In this document: piece after piece, positions 61,043-64,000 of the stretch
Layout: every line of letters starts with the position of its first letter
Numbering within the stretch: position 1 is the first letter of the stretch
Source: Tubiluchus corallicola
Lineage: Eukaryota > Animalia > Priapulida
Direction of reading: 5' to 3'
DNA length: 64,000 nt
Assembly (NCBI GenBank): GCA_030141605.1
Contig: JAQGDQ010000109.1
Span: forward strand, 551,165-615,164
Made by a program: the position numbers and the translations under genes
Notes under the pieces: generated by a model
The model's input: the letters and a program-made list of their open reading frames with translations, nothing else
Told to the model about the DNA's origin: nothing
Database searches by the model: none

Positions 61043-61650
61043 CAGAGCTAGAAATGGGTCACAAGTGTGACCATCACTCACTTGACCCACAGATACCGTG
61101 CCCATATCTAATCTGACCCAATGTCGTGACAGAGCGGATCCTAATTGATCCATTCTCCATTCTTCAGGATTACCTTCTAAACAACTGCAAAATCATTAGC
61201 ATTTCTAAACAATGGACACCTGTAATTCATAGATTTCACAAAGAAAAAGCAGCGACTTCTGCGTGGTACAGTCATAGGAGTGACAAAACCTCAACTACAG
61301 TCATAGGAGTGACAAAACCTCAACTACAGTCATAGGAGTGACAGAATTTCAACTACAGCCATAGGAGTGACAAAACCTCAACTACAGTCATAAGTTGCGT
61401 TCTATACACAGTTTTATTTTTTATTCTAGATCTCACTTAAAATGATAAATTTCAAATAGTTTTTAGAAAATATGACTATCAGAAAATGAGAGTATTTACT
61501 TTTAACCTGCATTACGTATTTAGAAAATATGACAATCTAATTTTTACATGGGTTACCTGGGTCAGGTTTTAGACCACACCCATGTACGAGACAAACCGAA
61601 AAACTGTGACCTAAGTGACATATGACGCAAATGTCTCAATTCCAGCTCTG
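61043..61650. mobile_element. hAT-like MITE with TGACCC subterminal motifs
   Basis: TIRs CAGAGCTAGAA / TTCCAGCTCTG; degenerate 8-bp TSD gctgatgc/gctgttac. Confidence 0.55.
61267..61393. repeat. 29-bp tandem repeat (CAGTCATAGGAGTGACAAAACCTCAACTA), ~4.4 units
   Basis: Direct tandem repetition with 29-bp spacing. Confidence 0.92.
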
Positions 61651-64000
61651 GCTGTTACTAAAACGTGCTACATATACTAATGTTACATTTGTATTCTCAG
61701 CATTTCTGTAAAATTGGATTGGTACTAACGGGTATCTTTTTATCGTCCTTTGTTTTTAAACGTACATTCTATTTGTTAAATATTTAAATTTAAATATGTA
61801 GATACTATCATAGAGCACATTTTCTATAGAAAGGAAGCCATATAAGCAACGCCCACGCACGAACAACTGCAAGGCTTTTGTAATTTATATAAAAAAGAAA
61901 GCAATAGGATAAAGCCTATAGTCGGGAAAATCAAATCGGTTAATACATTTGAGAGTCATAATATTAAACGGCATTAAGCGTGCAGTTCAGAGATTCGTAG
62001 TACCTGATGTATGCAGTCAGCGCTGTAATATATTTAAGTGGTTTGGGCCATATATGTTAATTCTATCATAAATATTACAAAACCCGAAATCAATTTTACA
62101 TGCGAGTGCTCTGGACTTGTTTCTAGCCAAGATCAATTGTTAATTATTAATGAACGAGATGTGATTGGAAAATGAGAAACAAACCGAGCTGAGCGTAACA
62201 CGCGACCCGTTTCCCTGTGCAATAAAAACAGCTTTTGATGAATTTTATGTGTTATTCCAAAAGCGGTGTTTAGATAGGCAAGGTGTGTGCTTTAGCAACC
62301 AAGCATACGTGGAAAAAACTGTTGATAAAACTATGCCGTGTAGCAATTCGATACGACATCAATAGACTAATTCTTGTCTGTAGGCAGCGCCCAACTGGTC
62401 CCATTACAAAGTCTGTACAAATTTCTACGTCAATTAAATGCTAGAGTTAAGTGTCTGGATATTGTGTAAGACAGAAAATCGACTGTGTTCGATGCGCAAA
62501 TTGCATTTCAATATTGAATTTCAGGAAATACTAGGCCTATGGTGTGTAAAAACGCGCTAGACTGTCAAAATCTATGTAAGCTACAAGGAGCCCAAGAAAC
62601 TTGAATCCGTCTTCTTTTAGCTATTACAGATTCTCTAACTGACTTGCCAATTAAAGGAGTAAAACACGCTCTAGACGGAAGCTTCAGTATTTTTACTAAA
62701 AAACTTGCTAACCTCTATTTGAATTATTTAGAATACAGTCGCCTAAAATGATATTTTTATAGGACTAGATTTTTTAAGCTGATAAGTAAAATTTCCAAAC
62801 GAGGCGAATGTTTTCTGTCGTTTCCTGGTGTTTAACCAAGAAGTTCTATTAAAACGAATCTTGAACATATATTACGTCAAGGCATAGTGATCGAAGATGT
62901 TTATTAATGTCTACATCCAGAATTTTCCTGAACATTATGAAAATGGAAACTGTTGCTGACAGAGCAATGTTTACTTTCAAAATTTTTCCCAGTGCAAAAA
63001 CGTACACAATTTCCCCACGTTTATTTACACCGCATCTGTGAATGAAATGTCATTTACTTAAATAAAGAGTTGAAATAGCACAGAGACTAAGGACAATATT
63101 TAATATTAATTTTGTAGAAACCAATATGTTTTGCATAGAAGCGATGTTCATGCATAGTTAAACATGTTCGCCACGGCACACGCGTGTAAATAGCAGAAGA
63201 ATGTAATCGCAAAAAAATCAATACTTCGATTTTTCTTCCATTGTCATGTTTTTATGTGAAATTTTCAGGTTTCAGAACTAATTCTGTAACAATGCATGTG
63301 TATATACAGCTTCGAAACTATCCTCGGCTGCGCTGCTTGTGAAACTGTCTTATTTAATAAGTAAACGGCAGCCATTTATAACTGACACAGAAGAAATACT
63401 GATAACGCTCACAAACGTTTTTTACACAGTTAAGCACAGTCACTGCTAGCCAGTCAGTGTCCAGTGTCCACCAATCAATGCTGCCTACTTTTGTTTACGG
63501 ACAGACCTACATTGCTGATAATTACAATTGGACTGGAAACAGGCAAGGTATCATGTTTGTACAGACAGAAATCACTGACTCACTAAATGACAGGCTGACA
63601 GCTTTTTCATGAGCTGTTAACTGATGTTTTGGCATAAAAAACCCAAACCCAAACATAAACAGCTATTTTTGTTGCTGTTTCTTTATAAGCATAAGAGACA
63701 ACAACAGTAAACGCTACAACTCCAGCAACAATAGCTATAGCAACAGCAAAAACACGTGCAACGCTCTTAACAAACGAAACACGCGACGTTCATCATATAA
63801 TACTTGTATATTCAGTGGGCATTATCTACCCTAGATAAGGCTTAAATAACATTGTAATTTATGGGCAAACAAAATGGGAGACAAAGCAATATTGCACACG
63901 CATGCAGGTCACGTAGCAGGTTCATAATAGCGCCCTCACGAGGCGCTGATAAAACGTTAATATTTAAAACACCACATTTATGGTTTTTTATTACCATTAA

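Noticed and set aside
61267-61393. CRISPR-like array (29-bp unit with dyad)
   Set aside because: Units are contiguous with no unique spacers, there are no cas genes, and the context is eukaryotic. The same applies to 38815-39042.

Overview
AT-rich, intron-rich metazoan (invertebrate-like) genomic DNA, not prokaryotic. Most of the window (401-45818, minus strand) holds 35 phase-consistent coding exons (~2050 aa) of the autophagy tether EPG5; neither end of the gene was found here. One 12-kb EPG5 intron (4417-16481) contains, on the opposite strand, two intact five-exon FAXC/failed-axon-connections (metaxin-like GST-fold) paralogues plus a deleted relic of a third copy. The paralogues show patchy identity suggestive of gene conversion. 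Introns carry several DNA-transposon derivatives. The most notable are a young hAT element (19-bp TIRs, perfect 8-bp TSD) whose transposase fragment resembles a family I associate with oomycetes and bryophytes, and a ~480-bp fold-back element built from two inverted tRNA-derived heads. Penelope-like relics, degenerate hammerhead-like motifs and tandem repeats are also present. From ~47 kb onward the sequence is visibly richer in CpG and I could not identify any gene. All calls were made by eye and from recalled homology; no searches were run.
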